From positions 1 to 64,000 of the IMG/VR virus record IMGVR_UViG_3300021475_000001: a stretch of DNA of 64,000 nucleotides. One strand, written 5' to 3'. The stretch's first letter is position 1, and the number at the start of each line of letters is the position of its first letter. The notes beneath the pieces were generated by a model that had not been told where the DNA came from, did not search any database, and saw only the letters and a program-made list of their open reading frames with translations. The stretch comes from a virus. Both the position numbers and the translations under genes were made by a program. Of the stretch, positions 45,697 through 55,525 are shown one piece after another.

Positions 45697-47289
45697 CTAG
45701 TCAGCCGCTTCCAAATCTAGAAGCAGTTGACTAGGGTCTTTCGCCAGTGACTGAAAAATATCGCGACCTTCACGGTGAAAGTCGAGTATCTTTGGATCAA
45801 CCGTCTTACGCATCATCAGATCAAACAGAAATACCGGCCAGCGTTGTCCCTGGCGTGACAGACGCCGCTCGCACTGTTCACGGTCAATTACACTGACGGG
45901 TGACTCATAAAAGAACCCGTAGTTAGCGGCTTGTAGATTGAGTCCGTAACCACCTTTTCTCCAACCGACGACTAAGTGACGAAACGATGGGTTGTTGTTG
46001 AACTTGTTTTTGATGCTATCCCAATCTTTGGTGCCGCCGTGTAGCCAACCGTATTGGATTTTCGCTTTGGTCAGTGCGTTGCAAATTTGTTGACCAGACC
46101 AAGTAAATTCATGAAAAATTACGCACTTACGATTATCTGGTAGATCAGACAGCAAATCCATCAGCAAGTCGAGTTTGGGGTTTTGATCAAACTCAATGAT
46201 AGAGCGTTCACTGTCGTTGTCTTCATCGATCAGTCCCACAAAGCCGGATGAAATCTGTCGCATACGAATAAACGAATTGGCGATCACACGATGGTTCTTT
46301 TTGGCGCGAATGATTTCATCGATGCACTGCTGATAGTATGTTACGGTATTACCAGGCATCGAACAGTATTTTGGTATACGTGTCAGTTCTGGTAGGTCCA
46401 TCACCTCGTCTACATCGTAGTAGATCGAACGATGACCGAGAAACTTCTGGAACTCCGGTTCACGTTTCTTATCAAAGGTGTATTCCATTCCACCAAAATA
46501 GCCACGCTTCGCCTTGAAGAACACTTCACGAAACAGCCCGAGTGTGTTACCAAAACTTTCACCATGGTCGACCAGATTAAACTGCGGCCAAACCGGCATT
46601 GGGTCGCGACCAAACAAGCGTCCTGCTAGTGCAAAGCGTATTGGTGCCTTTGTCGATGCAGTACGTGACACTTTGTAGAACAACTTACCAATGGCTTTGG
46701 TGCTTTCGTCCCAGACGAAGGCGTCAAACTTGCTTGACAGATAGTCGATACGCTCGCGCTCGGGTTCAAAGTGTGTGACTGGTTTCTTTTCACCAGTTGG
46801 TGTCAGCTTCTCGCGTGTCACCTTGCTACTGGACATAGTGGCGAAGCCTGTGTGTGTCGCAATCGCCAGTCCGGTGTCAAGTTTATCCAGTAAATACCAC
46901 TTTTCACGATTGGAACCAAGAAGCAGCTTATAGGGTATATCGATCTGCCACTTGATGATTTCATCTTCCCAACCACCCACCACTTCATCGGTGTTGGCGA
47001 GAATGATACCGCACTTCATCTTGTTGGCTTTGATGTACCAACGGAGAAGCTCAAGTGTCAGTCGGGTCTTACCGACACCCATACTGAGATGAAAAACAAA
47101 CTGTCCATAAGCTACACCGAGAATAAAGCACACCTTCTGTGCCGTGTTCAGCGTGTACACATTGGGATGCACTGACGGACGTATCTCCGACAGCATTTCA
47201 TCCAGTTCCTGTTCAGACAGACTTTTCATCCAGACAAAATTCTCGGCCGGTCTGGCCAAGTATTGGCTTACTGCGCTTCGAGAAATCAT
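45697..47289 (-). CDS. SNF2-like superfamily 2 helicase
   Basis: 'MGVGKT','WDEST','ALAG','RMRQISSGF','NPKLD.L','GGYGLNLQAA','QCERRLSRQGQ'. Confidence 0.88.
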   Translation of the reverse strand: MISRSAVSQYLARPAENFVWMKSLSEQELDEMLSEIRPSVHPNVYTLNTAQKVCFILGVAYGQFVFHLSMGVGKTRLTLELLRWYIKANKMKCGIILANTDEVVGGWEDEIIKWQIDIPYKLLLGSNREKWYLLDKLDTGLAIATHTGFATMSSSKVTREKLTPTGEKKPVTHFEPERERIDYLSSKFDAFVWDESTKAIGKLFYKVSRTASTKAPIRFALAGRLFGRDPMPVWPQFNLVDHGESFGNTLGLFREVFFKAKRGYFGGMEYTFDKKREPEFQKFLGHRSIYYDVDEVMDLPELTRIPKYCSMPGNTVTYYQQCIDEIIRAKKNHRVIANSFIRMRQISSGFVGLIDEDNDSERSIIEFDQNPKLDLLMDLLSDLPDNRKCVIFHEFTWSGQQICNALTKAKIQYGWLHGGTKDWDSIKNKFNNNPSFRHLVVGWRKGGYGLNLQAANYGFFYESPVSVIDREQCERRLSRQGQRWPVFLFDLMMRKTVDPKILDFHREGRDIFQSLAKDPSQLLLDLEAAD

Positions 47290-47522
47290 TATTGTCTCTT
47301 GAGACGGAAGTCAGCCCACGCATACAGTGTAGTTTGTAGGGCTTCATTACCTGTTGGATTGATAAGCGCCATTTCCTGATCGAGGATGCCGCGCTGTCTT
47401 AGTATTTTCGCGAGTTTATTCCCGGCAGCGGCTGGGGCATTTGTTTGATACCGACGACCATTAATGACTGTCCAGGCGTGCCAACTTCTGTCAGGTAAGC
47501 TACGCAAGTGTATCTCAATCAT
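47289..47522 (-). CDS. Hypothetical protein
   Basis: RBS AAGGTG; coupled to the helicase start. Confidence 0.5.
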   Translation of the reverse strand: MIEIHLRSLPDRSWHAWTVINGRRYQTNAPAAAGNKLAKILRQRGILDQEMALINPTGNEALQTTLYAWADFRLKRQ

Positions 47523-47538
47523 TTAGTCACCTTATACC

Positions 47539-47569
47539 AAAAAGGTGGGGAGGACCGAAGCCCTCCCCA
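47539..47569 (-). terminator. Intrinsic terminator after the PEP-CTERM pair
   Basis: TGGGGAGGGC-TTCG-GTCCTCCCCA followed by CCTTTTT. Confidence 0.75.
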
Positions 47570-47587
47570 GTTTAAGTGATAGAAAGG

Positions 47588-48367
47588 TTAGCTACGCTGA
47601 CAACGGCGTATCAACCCTAGCCCCAACAAGGCTGTACCCAGCAAGGCAAGACTCGCCGGCTCCGGAACCGGAGGAGGCGGAGGAGGCGGAGGTGGTGGCG
47701 GTGAAGGACCGCATGACCCGCCCGGAGGACAATCTACGAACCCCGTGTTTGTCCATGAGGTGTCGAAGATTGTCACCTGGTTGTTCCCGACGTTTTGGGC
47801 GAACGGGAAGACGATATCACCGTTGGCGAACAGACCGGTGAAGTTGATCTCATCCTTGCCTTGGAAGGCGTGGTTGGCCGTGAATGAGTACACGGACAAC
47901 GACGCTGGCGTGGACAGACCGTCAGCGGTGTACGCGGCGTTGATGTTAGTTTCGTTGAGTGAGTTGTCACATGCAACGCAACCGACGTAGGTGTAAAGGT
48001 CGGAAGCGGAGCCTGTCGGAAACGGGGTGCCTGAGAACAACCCGTTTGCGGTGACAGTCACTGATGTTGCCGGTTGGCTATCAAACAGATAAGAAGCACT
48101 GCTGATAGTCGGAACGGGGGCTCCTACCGGGGTAGCAATGTAGACGGTCAGAGGCGTGTTGATATTCTGTCCGCCTACGTCCTGAATGCTGAACGATTTG
48201 TTGTTGTTCAGCAGTACTGGGTCCGATCCTGTGGCTCCTGTAGCCGTTACGTGAAAGGACGTGGGATCGATATAATCGATCCCATTGATGATGACATCAG
48301 CGTTGGCGATACCTGGGGCCATAAGCCCCAGGATCGCAACGCCAGCCAGAAGGGCTGACTTATGCAT
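47588..48367 (-). CDS. PEP-CTERM sorting-domain surface protein
   Basis: Signal peptide '..GIANA'; Ser/Thr-rich body; poly-Pro linker; 'VPEPASLALLGTALLGLGLIRR'. Confidence 0.9.
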   Translation of the reverse strand: MHKSALLAGVAILGLMAPGIANADVIINGIDYIDPTSFHVTATGATGSDPVLLNNNKSFSIQDVGGQNINTPLTVYIATPVGAPVPTISSASYLFDSQPATSVTVTANGLFSGTPFPTGSASDLYTYVGCVACDNSLNETNINAAYTADGLSTPASLSVYSFTANHAFQGKDEINFTGLFANGDIVFPFAQNVGNNQVTIFDTSWTNTGFVDCPPGGSCGPSPPPPPPPPPPPVPEPASLALLGTALLGLGLIRRCQRS

Positions 48368-49043
48368 TCGCCATCCCTCCCTTCACGCCATTGCGGCGGC
48401 GACGCAACCAGCCGAAGCCAACTAGCGCCGTACCCAAAAGACCAAGGGTTCCAGGTTCTGGCACTTGTGCCTGAATAACCTCGGTAAGGTCTGCACCGCC
48501 CGCTCCGGTAGCGTGGACGATGTAACGCTCCGTCAACGAGTACGGCCCAGCCCCGGTAGCTACAGTGGTAGTGAGGCTTTGGGTCTGGTTGCTCGCCGTA
48601 AAGGTGGCGTCTTCAAGTATTGAACCGAGTGGGACACCCGGCGGTACGCCATCGTTAGACTGGAGCGATGTGGTCAGTTCCACGCTGGTTATACTACCAG
48701 TTAAGAGGTTGGTAGTTAGCGAGGAAATAAACGGGATAGAGCCGAGAGGTGATGTTAGCCCCGTTTCCGTGACCCACAGCGTAAAGGTTCCCGCACCCGT
48801 AGTGTTAAACGTGATGGTGTTGCTAAACAACGTCCCGCTGGGTGCAGGCGGCGTACCAGCAGCCGTACCTTGTGCCGACCAATTACCGACCGTAGTCGGG
48901 CCGAAATTGACCGGGCTGGTACCCGTGTTAGTTACCGTCGCGGTACCGTCCGTGCCGGTAATCGTGATAGGGTTAGCATTGGCCGCAGGTGACACCCCCA
49001 GGAGAAGGGCACCTACTGCCGCAGTGGTTAACAAGGTCTTCAT
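48360..49043 (-). CDS. PEP-CTERM sorting-domain surface protein
   Basis: Signal peptide '..PAANA'; Thr-rich body; 'VPEPGTLGLLGTALVGFGWLRRRR'. Confidence 0.9.
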   Translation of the reverse strand: MKTLLTTAAVGALLLGVSPAANANPITITGTDGTATVTNTGTSPVNFGPTTVGNWSAQGTAAGTPPAPSGTLFSNTITFNTTGAGTFTLWVTETGLTSPLGSIPFISSLTTNLLTGSITSVELTTSLQSNDGVPPGVPLGSILEDATFTASNQTQSLTTTVATGAGPYSLTERYIVHATGAGGADLTEVIQAQVPEPGTLGLLGTALVGFGWLRRRRNGVKGGMANA

Positions 49044-49158
49044 AGCTAAGTTTTCCCTTATGGGAATTAAGGTGCATTCTGTTAGTGGCTACGGTGATCC
49101 TGGATTTCTTGTTGTCTTTCGAGCCTGTTATTGTTGGGCAAATTGCCAAATGAAATTT

Positions 49159-49452
49159 TTAGTCGCGAAGTCTCGGGTCGATATTGACCTTGGTGTCGGG
49201 ACCAATAAGTTCCTGCACTTCATGTGTCATGGCTTGTTCGGTCGCACCGGAGAAGATGAATATCTCTATGCCTGGTATATCTCTGACAGCATCGTGAATG
49301 GCGATGGGATGTCCCTTCTTCAGTTCTTCGAGGTTTTTGTGTGTCAATCCCAGAATTAGAAGTGACACTTCCTTACCATTACGGACGCCTTTTGCTTGCA
49401 TTCTCAACATGTTACAATACTGCTCTGCGTCTATAACCTGCGGGTACTTCAT
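49159..49452 (-). CDS. Hypothetical protein
   Basis: 'LILGL...NL..LK.G.PI' pattern; start uncertain. Confidence 0.5.
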   Translation of the reverse strand: MKYPQVIDAEQYCNMLRMQAKGVRNGKEVSLLILGLTHKNLEELKKGHPIAIHDAVRDIPGIEIFIFSGATEQAMTHEVQELIGPDTKVNIDPRLRD

Positions 49453-50056
49453 AGTCTTCTGGTCGTTCTAGTGTAGACCGACACGGTGGTATCCAAACTG
49501 GGGGCTTTGGTGCAATCGACTTCATCCAAACAAGCCATGAATAACTGGTTGCAGTGGTGTTATCGGCTGCTACTCGTCCCTTGTTTATTGGTACACGTTC
49601 GGAAAAGAATGCCAGAATTGATGGGGGTCTTTCTCGGAAAATCCTGTTGTAGCGACCGACACTCTCAACGAACACTGTACGTGAGAATATAGATACACCC
49701 ACTGACGCTATTGTCAAGCTCTTGTTTAAGAACTCTTCAGCGCGCTTAAATGGTGGGTTAGTGATAATCCAATCGTATTGTCCAGGCTTGTAATCGTAGG
49801 TGAGAAAGTCGCGTGTCTCGTTGTGACCAAAATCCAGTGCATCATAAGCGTCTACTTCACCAAAGTACTCACGCAGAGTGCGTGACATATACCCAGCACC
49901 ACAGCCGGGTTCAAGACAGGTGTTCTTCTGCCAATGGTCACCAATCACGTGTTCGATCAGCGCACGTGTGGCCCAGGGTGGTGTCGGGAAGTCATCAAAG
50001 CTGTCGGCAGGTTCGGTCCTCTGCGCCATCACGGCGTGACTGGTATTCTGCATCAT
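49412..50056 (-). CDS. Amino-DNA (N6-A/N4-C) methyltransferase
   Basis: 'DDFPTPPWAT','LEPGCGAG' SAM-binding motif, 'DFL', 'ITNPPF' catalytic motif. Confidence 0.85.
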   Translation of the reverse strand: MMQNTSHAVMAQRTEPADSFDDFPTPPWATRALIEHVIGDHWQKNTCLEPGCGAGYMSRTLREYFGEVDAYDALDFGHNETRDFLTYDYKPGQYDWIITNPPFKRAEEFLNKSLTIASVGVSIFSRTVFVESVGRYNRIFRERPPSILAFFSERVPINKGRVAADNTTATSYSWLVWMKSIAPKPPVWIPPCRSTLERPEDYEVPAGYRRRAVL

Positions 50057-50343
50057 TGTCCCTTGGTGTCGAATGGAACGACGATAACACGCCAGCTAGT
50101 CAATGGACGATTTGGTGAACCATCAATCAGTATAGGATAATTTGGACTAATCATACGGTAGTAAGTCATGGCTTCAGTTGGATCAAGAAATATCTTGGCT
50201 TCTGAGGGGGTGTCACAAACCGTTAGTGTGAAGTTTAGTTCGTGGTCAATGTGCGGATCATACATCTGGATGTACATGCCGGACAGACCCTCGAAATACT
50301 GCCCGTCCTTGCGCTCAAGTATCTGCAAGACGCATGTGTTCAT
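50053..50343 (-). CDS. Hypothetical protein (paralogue of 36597-36872)
   Basis: 'P.EAK.F' and 'DGSPNRPL'. Confidence 0.6.
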   Translation of the reverse strand: MNTCVLQILERKDGQYFEGLSGMYIQMYDPHIDHELNFTLTVCDTPSEAKIFLDPTEAMTYYRMISPNYPILIDGSPNRPLTSWRVIVVPFDTKGQ

Positions 50344-50393
50344 CAGGATCGATCCTAGAGCGCAGGGAGCGTCACCTGTGCGTCTGTTTCACG

Positions 50394-52127
50394 TCACTCG
50401 CAGTTGCGTCTGCCTGAGAGAGGATCGATGTCACAGGCGTCTCCCTCGACAAAGATCACAGGCGTGTCTTCAGCGTCACTCAGCAGTGAACCGCGTTTGC
50501 CAGCGATATTGTAAGTGGCACAACCTTTACCACCATTCTGCCAGACTGTCTGATAGATGCCTTTAAAGGCGGCCCACGGCATTTTGCGCCCATCCATGTT
50601 CACGGTTTTGGAGGCAGCCGAGTCAAGATGCTTTTGCGCAGCCAGCAATACCTTCACATGTTCCGCTGCGGTGACATCCGCTGCCAGCTTGCCTTTGACA
50701 TCGAGAAACTTGATACCGTAGTCTTCCAACACCTCGATTACCGCACCAGTGGGGGTGTTTATCGGGCGTTCCTGACGATAGGCGAACACGGGTTCGATTG
50801 AAGATGACACATTGTCGGCGCAGAGTGAAATTGTACCAGTAGGTGCAATAGAAGTGAGGTGCGAGTTACGAATACCATATTTCTTGATTTCGTAGCGCAC
50901 TTCCTCTGACAGGGTTTTGACATATTCACCAGCCAAGTAACGCTCGGCATCAAACAGAGGAAACGAACCTTTCTCTTGTGCCAACGCTGATGAAGCGAGA
51001 TAGGCTGTGTCGTTGATGATTTCCAGAACCCTTTCTTCGAACTCACAGAAATCGTCACTACCATATGGTAAGCCCAGTGCTTCACCGGTATTAGCCAGAC
51101 CAGTGATACCAAGTCCCATACGACGCTTGGTGATAGCTTCGGCGCGTTGTTCCGCCAATGGATAGCGCGACTTATCGATGACATTATCCATGGCACGAAC
51201 TACCGGCCAGACATCTGACTTTAGATGATCAAAGTCAAACGAATAGGGATTTTGACCAATACGTACCGGCTGCCGTGATAGATATTTCACCAGATTGAAT
51301 GAACCTAAAAGACAAGCACCAAACGGTGGTAGTGGTTGTTCACTGCAAGGATTGGTACTGGCGATGGTTTCACAGTAGTACAAATTGTTCATGCGATTTA
51401 TGGTGTCGATAAACACCACACCAGGTTCGGCCCAATCCCAGGTCGAACGCATCAGATTTTCCCATAGTTCGGCGGCGTCAACATAGCGATAATTCTTGCC
51501 GCCCCAGCGTAGTGCAAATTCACTACCAGTTTCTACGGCTTCCATAAACTCGTCAGTCACTGCCACACTGATATTGAAACCTATGAGTTTGTCACGGTTG
51601 TTTTTAGCGTGAATGAACTCTTCAATGTCTGGGTGATCAATACGGAGTATCCCCATCTGAGCACCGCGTCGATGTCCACTACTAGCAGTGGCCAAGCAGA
51701 CCGCGTCGTATATATGCATAAACGAGACTGGGCCGGATGATTGGGATTGCAGTTTAGCAACCAATTCTCCACGGGGGCGGAGAGACGAAAAGTCATAGCC
51801 AATACCACCTCCCATGCGCATCGTTGCGGCAGCTTCGTGCGCGCGATGCATAATCGAGCCTGGACCTTCCACATAAGAGTCAGCAATGGTGCCACTGACA
51901 AAGCAGTTGTGACTCGTCACGTGCTTGGACGATCCCACTGCCGATTGTATGCGACCGCCGCCGAGAAAACGTTGATCGATGATCACTTCACGAAACTGGT
52001 GATAGTGATTGTCCGAGTCCTTTAGACCAAACGCCACTCGGTTCATCGACTCTCGAAAGTCTTCACCAGGTGAACGATACTTCATCCCGTGCAACCTATC
52101 AGCCGGTTCAGTCTGTGGTCCCATCAT
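50394..52127 (-). CDS. nrdJ: Class II (adenosylcobalamin-dependent) ribonucleotide reductase
   Basis: 'NCFV','GGGIGYDFS.LRP','RRGAQMG','FNISV','EPGV.FID','TNPCSEQPL','CLLGS.NL','IAPTGTIS'; C-terminal Cys pair; no nrdB gene nearby. Confidence 0.88.
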   Translation of the reverse strand: MMGPQTEPADRLHGMKYRSPGEDFRESMNRVAFGLKDSDNHYHQFREVIIDQRFLGGGRIQSAVGSSKHVTSHNCFVSGTIADSYVEGPGSIMHRAHEAAATMRMGGGIGYDFSSLRPRGELVAKLQSQSSGPVSFMHIYDAVCLATASSGHRRGAQMGILRIDHPDIEEFIHAKNNRDKLIGFNISVAVTDEFMEAVETGSEFALRWGGKNYRYVDAAELWENLMRSTWDWAEPGVVFIDTINRMNNLYYCETIASTNPCSEQPLPPFGACLLGSFNLVKYLSRQPVRIGQNPYSFDFDHLKSDVWPVVRAMDNVIDKSRYPLAEQRAEAITKRRMGLGITGLANTGEALGLPYGSDDFCEFEERVLEIINDTAYLASSALAQEKGSFPLFDAERYLAGEYVKTLSEEVRYEIKKYGIRNSHLTSIAPTGTISLCADNVSSSIEPVFAYRQERPINTPTGAVIEVLEDYGIKFLDVKGKLAADVTAAEHVKVLLAAQKHLDSAASKTVNMDGRKMPWAAFKGIYQTVWQNGGKGCATYNIAGKRGSLLSDAEDTPVIFVEGDACDIDPLSGRRNCE

Positions 52128-52483
52128 TCAACCCCTTTAGGTGTGTAAGCTGGTCCTTCACCCGCTTCATGGAGTTTACCAAATATATCCTCAACAAGCA
52201 TTGGGCAGTGTTTTTCTGCCCACTTTATTGCTTCTTCTTTAGTCAATGGGGTTACTCTGTAACCCTCTTCTGGTTGTGTATCATCATAGGAATAGCTAAA
52301 GTAATGACCCCAAACATTCTGCAATAATCCTACTTCATATTGAAATCCACAATATTCAGTACCGTCATCCTCGTCACTATCATAACGATACAGAACACTC
52401 GCCGTTTCGGTATCATAGGCCAGACCGTTAATAACCCGCCTGATTTTGGGTAATTCTCGTATCTTTGGTTTAATATTGATCAT
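52124..52483 (-). CDS. Hypothetical protein
   Basis: 'INGL.YDTETA','PLT.EEA..WAE' recurrent phage motif. Confidence 0.6.
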   Translation of the reverse strand: MINIKPKIRELPKIRRVINGLAYDTETASVLYRYDSDEDDGTEYCGFQYEVGLLQNVWGHYFSYSYDDTQPEEGYRVTPLTKEEAIKWAEKHCPMLVEDIFGKLHEAGEGPAYTPKGVE

Positions 52484-52492
52484 GGCATTGCC

Positions 52493-52897
52493 TCAGTGCA
52501 GCAGTGTCACATGTGCGGCTTTCCGGTACTCTTCGATATTGGGGTCGTAGTGAGGCCAAGCCAGTTTGATGGCTCGGGCCAGTTCCAGTTCACTTACCGG
52601 AATGTGTTTGACGTGAAATTCACGCAATAGGTTCAGCAACTTAAGACGAATTTCATGATTGTCCAGATCGGCGCGGAACCAAGCGATGAATTGACTTCTT
52701 GGTAAGATGAGTGGTACTAAAGCTGGAAACTCGTAGCCGTAGTCCAACTTGAATTTGGCACGAAAGTCTTCAATAAAAGACTGAATGGTAATTACCATAT
52801 CGCCACTGAGAGGTTCACCAATAAAGCGTTGCATGTGACGCATCAGGAGCGCGAAGGTCTGTTGGACGCGTGGGTCTTCGAATGCAAGTTCAGACAT
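52493..52897 (-). CDS. Hypothetical protein
   Basis: Operon packing. Confidence 0.55.
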   Translation of the reverse strand: MSELAFEDPRVQQTFALLMRHMQRFIGEPLSGDMVITIQSFIEDFRAKFKLDYGYEFPALVPLILPRSQFIAWFRADLDNHEIRLKLLNLLREFHVKHIPVSELELARAIKLAWPHYDPNIEEYRKAAHVTLLH

Positions 52898-53255
52898 CTT
52901 TGATTTCCATCACTTCGACACCGGCTGCATCAGCTTGTCGCATCATGTCGTCAGTGCCTGCATGTCCTGGGAAGGCAATGACTAAATCGGGATCGTAATC
53001 AGACAACATACGTCGGTTGCGAATAGGTCCAGCGGCTTTACCGTGTCTGTCCCACTCCGCTGGTACAGGTACTACCGTAATACCCCGTAGCAATGCCCAG
53101 TTGTGTGCGAGACGATCAGCACCCGGTGCGTCACCGTGTATCACTGTGTCAAAGGGACCGTGTTCGATCTGTAGTTCATCCAGCTTCCTAAACAGAAACT
53201 GTTGTTTATTGTAGTCACGGCCTCCACAGATGATGACTCGAAGTCCCTTTCTCAT
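52890..53255 (-). CDS. SLOG-family (DUF2493/YspA-like) protein
   Basis: 'RVIICGGRDY','IHGDAPGAD.LA','AEW.RHGKAAGPIRN..M','IAFPG..GT..M'. Confidence 0.85.
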   Translation of the reverse strand: MRKGLRVIICGGRDYNKQQFLFRKLDELQIEHGPFDTVIHGDAPGADRLAHNWALLRGITVVPVPAEWDRHGKAAGPIRNRRMLSDYDPDLVIAFPGHAGTDDMMRQADAAGVEVMEIKDV

Positions 53256-53500
53256 TCAGGAAATTCCATGTCTAGTTCCACAGCCATAACTGCAATTATA
53301 CTTTGTAACGTTTGCTTGTCTCTGGCCCAGAAGGTGACGGCGCTACGGTCATCATCTTCCGGTGTCGAGTGTTCAAGTATCTCTTTTGGTGACTTTAGCC
53401 AGACACGCAGACCATAAAATGTCTCGTTGCCGTTGACGTTATCCTTCTGAATCAGTTCGATGCCTTCACCCATTTCCTCTTCATAGATGTGAATCCGCAT
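53252..53500 (-). CDS. Hypothetical protein
   Basis: RBS GGAGG; 'DDDRSAVTFW'. Confidence 0.55.
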   Translation of the reverse strand: MRIHIYEEEMGEGIELIQKDNVNGNETFYGLRVWLKSPKEILEHSTPEDDDRSAVTFWARDKQTLQSIIAVMAVELDMEFPE

Positions 53501-53501
53501 C

Positions 53502-53741
53502 TCATTCCTCCCAAAGAGTAATACGTTTCTGAAGTATGTCTAAATAGACTTTCATGATAGTGACTTGTGATGCCAATAAAGCGTATTCGTCATGACTCAA
53601 CTTATAGGCTTTTCCACTAGAGAAGAAGTCGATCAGTCTTTTTAATCGATCCTCTAATTGTGCCCGTTCCGCAAGAACACGTGATTGCCATTCTTCCATC
53701 GTTGTGTTCTCCATTACTGTGATGTGCCATTTGCCTATCAT
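53502..53741 (-). CDS. Small helical phage protein (crAss001_48-like)
   Basis: 'WQ.RV..E...L..RL..L..F','LL..Q...M..Y..IL..RI'. Confidence 0.65.
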   Translation of the reverse strand: MIGKWHITVMENTTMEEWQSRVLAERAQLEDRLKRLIDFFSSGKAYKLSHDEYALLASQVTIMKVYLDILQKRITLWEE

Positions 53742-53899
53742 TTGACGTTCTCGTACCCCCTTAGAACCAGTTCAGCACAGTATTTACGTTCGCTCTTTTC
53801 AAATTCTGCTATGGCTTTATTCAAATTCTCTATTTGTTTTCGGAAATACCTTACAGTATCTATAAGATATTCATCTGATTTTCCAGTAAAATCTTCCAT
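53738..53899 (-). CDS. 53-aa hypothetical protein (not in the ORF track)
   Basis: TGATG overlap with the helicase stop and ATGA overlap with the next gene. Confidence 0.55.
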   Translation of the reverse strand: MEDFTGKSDEYLIDTVRYFRKQIENLNKAIAEFEKSERKYCAELVLRGYENVK

Positions 53900-55392
53900 C
53901 AGTCAGCCGCCACTTTGGATTGATTGTCATCGACCAGTTTGTGGTAGTCTTTACTCTTACCCATTCGCACCGAGTCAATACAGAACTGAGCAGATGCGTA
54001 ATTCTGGGATATTACCACCGAGAACCATTGGCGCTCGTTACGCGCCTTACCCACAAACAGACGAGCAATGTTTAGTTCATGCTCTGCCTTGGTCTGGGAG
54101 TAAAACAGTGCATAGTCACAGGTGGCGATCTTGCTTATATCTTCTGCGGTGTGTTCCGTGTCAACTTGCTTGGCGTTCTCACCGGCTCGATTGGTTTGTG
54201 ACGCTATCACCATAGCTAAACTTCGTTTCTTAGCTAAACCACGCAACTTGATAATCAGTCGCGAGATGGCGTGACGCGGGTCATGTCGGTCATCGTATGA
54301 CATTAGGTCAGGGTAGTCTAATAGAATAATGCGTGGGATAAAGCGATGAACAATTTCCAATTGGTCAAGAAAGGCTTCCAGCTTGTCATAGGTCAGATCA
54401 CCTGACGGAAACTCTTTGATCCACAAGCGCGACAGACGCCGCTCGGTGTAGCGTCCTTCGAACTTGTCAATTTCACGGTATAGAAAGTTCTTTACACGTT
54501 GATTGGCACTGTCGTAACTCTCACTGTCATTTGGTGCCATACTCTGTGCTGGGTTCTTTCGCCGCACAAAACCAAGCACACGCCCCATGTTGTCACGATC
54601 AAATTCGGTAATGTCATCATTAGTGGCACGTTTGGCCAAATTGAAGTTGGTCTGCATGTAACGTTGCGCAGTGGCGTCTTCACTATTCTCTAGTGTAATA
54701 TGCAAAGCAGTCCAACCGGGTGTATTCATGGCAATTTTACCCACGTGGTGCATCCACATTGATTTTCCGCGACCACGTGGTGCCATAAAGAGAAATAGTT
54801 CACCAATGCCTGGATTGATCCCTTCCTTATCCAGTTCCGGTATCTGCAAGGACAGACGCATCACCGAGGGGTCTTTATCCAGAAAGGCTAAAGAACGTGC
54901 GGTATCGGCAAGATTAAAACCAAGTTCGTTCTGATCGGCGTGAAAATTACTGACACGTGATAGTATTGCTTCGCATTTATCGTAGTCTTCGGGACTTTGA
55001 CTTTGACTTAAGATAGTACCAGCTTCGAAGATCGCACGTTTCAAGTTCTGCCGCCGCGCAAATTCAAATAATCGACTGCGGATATACTCGGTGTTTAATG
55101 TATTGGAGATGGACAACATGCCGCGCAAAATGCGCGTGTACAGTGTGTGTTGCTTGTGATTGGTGTCAGATAACACATAGTCGAAGTGGTCATCGACATG
55201 TGTGCCTTCGGGAGCCTTGTTGTAACGCTGCCAGTATTCGATACAGCGAGCGGTTATGTCACGATACGGGTCTTCGAACCAATCCAGTGACACTAAAGTT
55301 GACAGTAAACGGGTGTTGTCATCTGTGACATACACCAGTGCCGTGACGATGGACTCTTGTAAAGAGGTGGCAAGAGTCCCGTCGTCAGCCAT
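53899..55392 (-). CDS. dnaB: Replicative DnaB-like (SF4) helicase
   Basis: 'APRGRGKS','HITLE','IKEFPSG','LLDYPDLM','ASQTNR','AEDISK','KARN'. Confidence 0.88.
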   Translation of the reverse strand: MADDGTLATSLQESIVTALVYVTDDNTRLLSTLVSLDWFEDPYRDITARCIEYWQRYNKAPEGTHVDDHFDYVLSDTNHKQHTLYTRILRGMLSISNTLNTEYIRSRLFEFARRQNLKRAIFEAGTILSQSQSPEDYDKCEAILSRVSNFHADQNELGFNLADTARSLAFLDKDPSVMRLSLQIPELDKEGINPGIGELFLFMAPRGRGKSMWMHHVGKIAMNTPGWTALHITLENSEDATAQRYMQTNFNLAKRATNDDITEFDRDNMGRVLGFVRRKNPAQSMAPNDSESYDSANQRVKNFLYREIDKFEGRYTERRLSRLWIKEFPSGDLTYDKLEAFLDQLEIVHRFIPRIILLDYPDLMSYDDRHDPRHAISRLIIKLRGLAKKRSLAMVIASQTNRAGENAKQVDTEHTAEDISKIATCDYALFYSQTKAEHELNIARLFVGKARNERQWFSVVISQNYASAQFCIDSVRMGKSKDYHKLVDDNQSKVAAD

Positions 55393-55525
55393 AGTGGCTC
55401 CTGCCGATTAAAGATCACGGGAATAAAGAACTTGGACTAGTGATAGTCTAGTGAAGCAGTGTCGCTGTCAATGTGCGATTGACCCTCTATTTCTACTATA
55501 CGCAGCGTAATTTACCAGTGTTGCT

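Noticed and set aside
47667-47702. GGAGGC/GGTGGC microsatellite as a phase-variation tract
   Set aside because: Encodes the in-frame poly-Pro linker before the PEP-CTERM motif using mixed codons.
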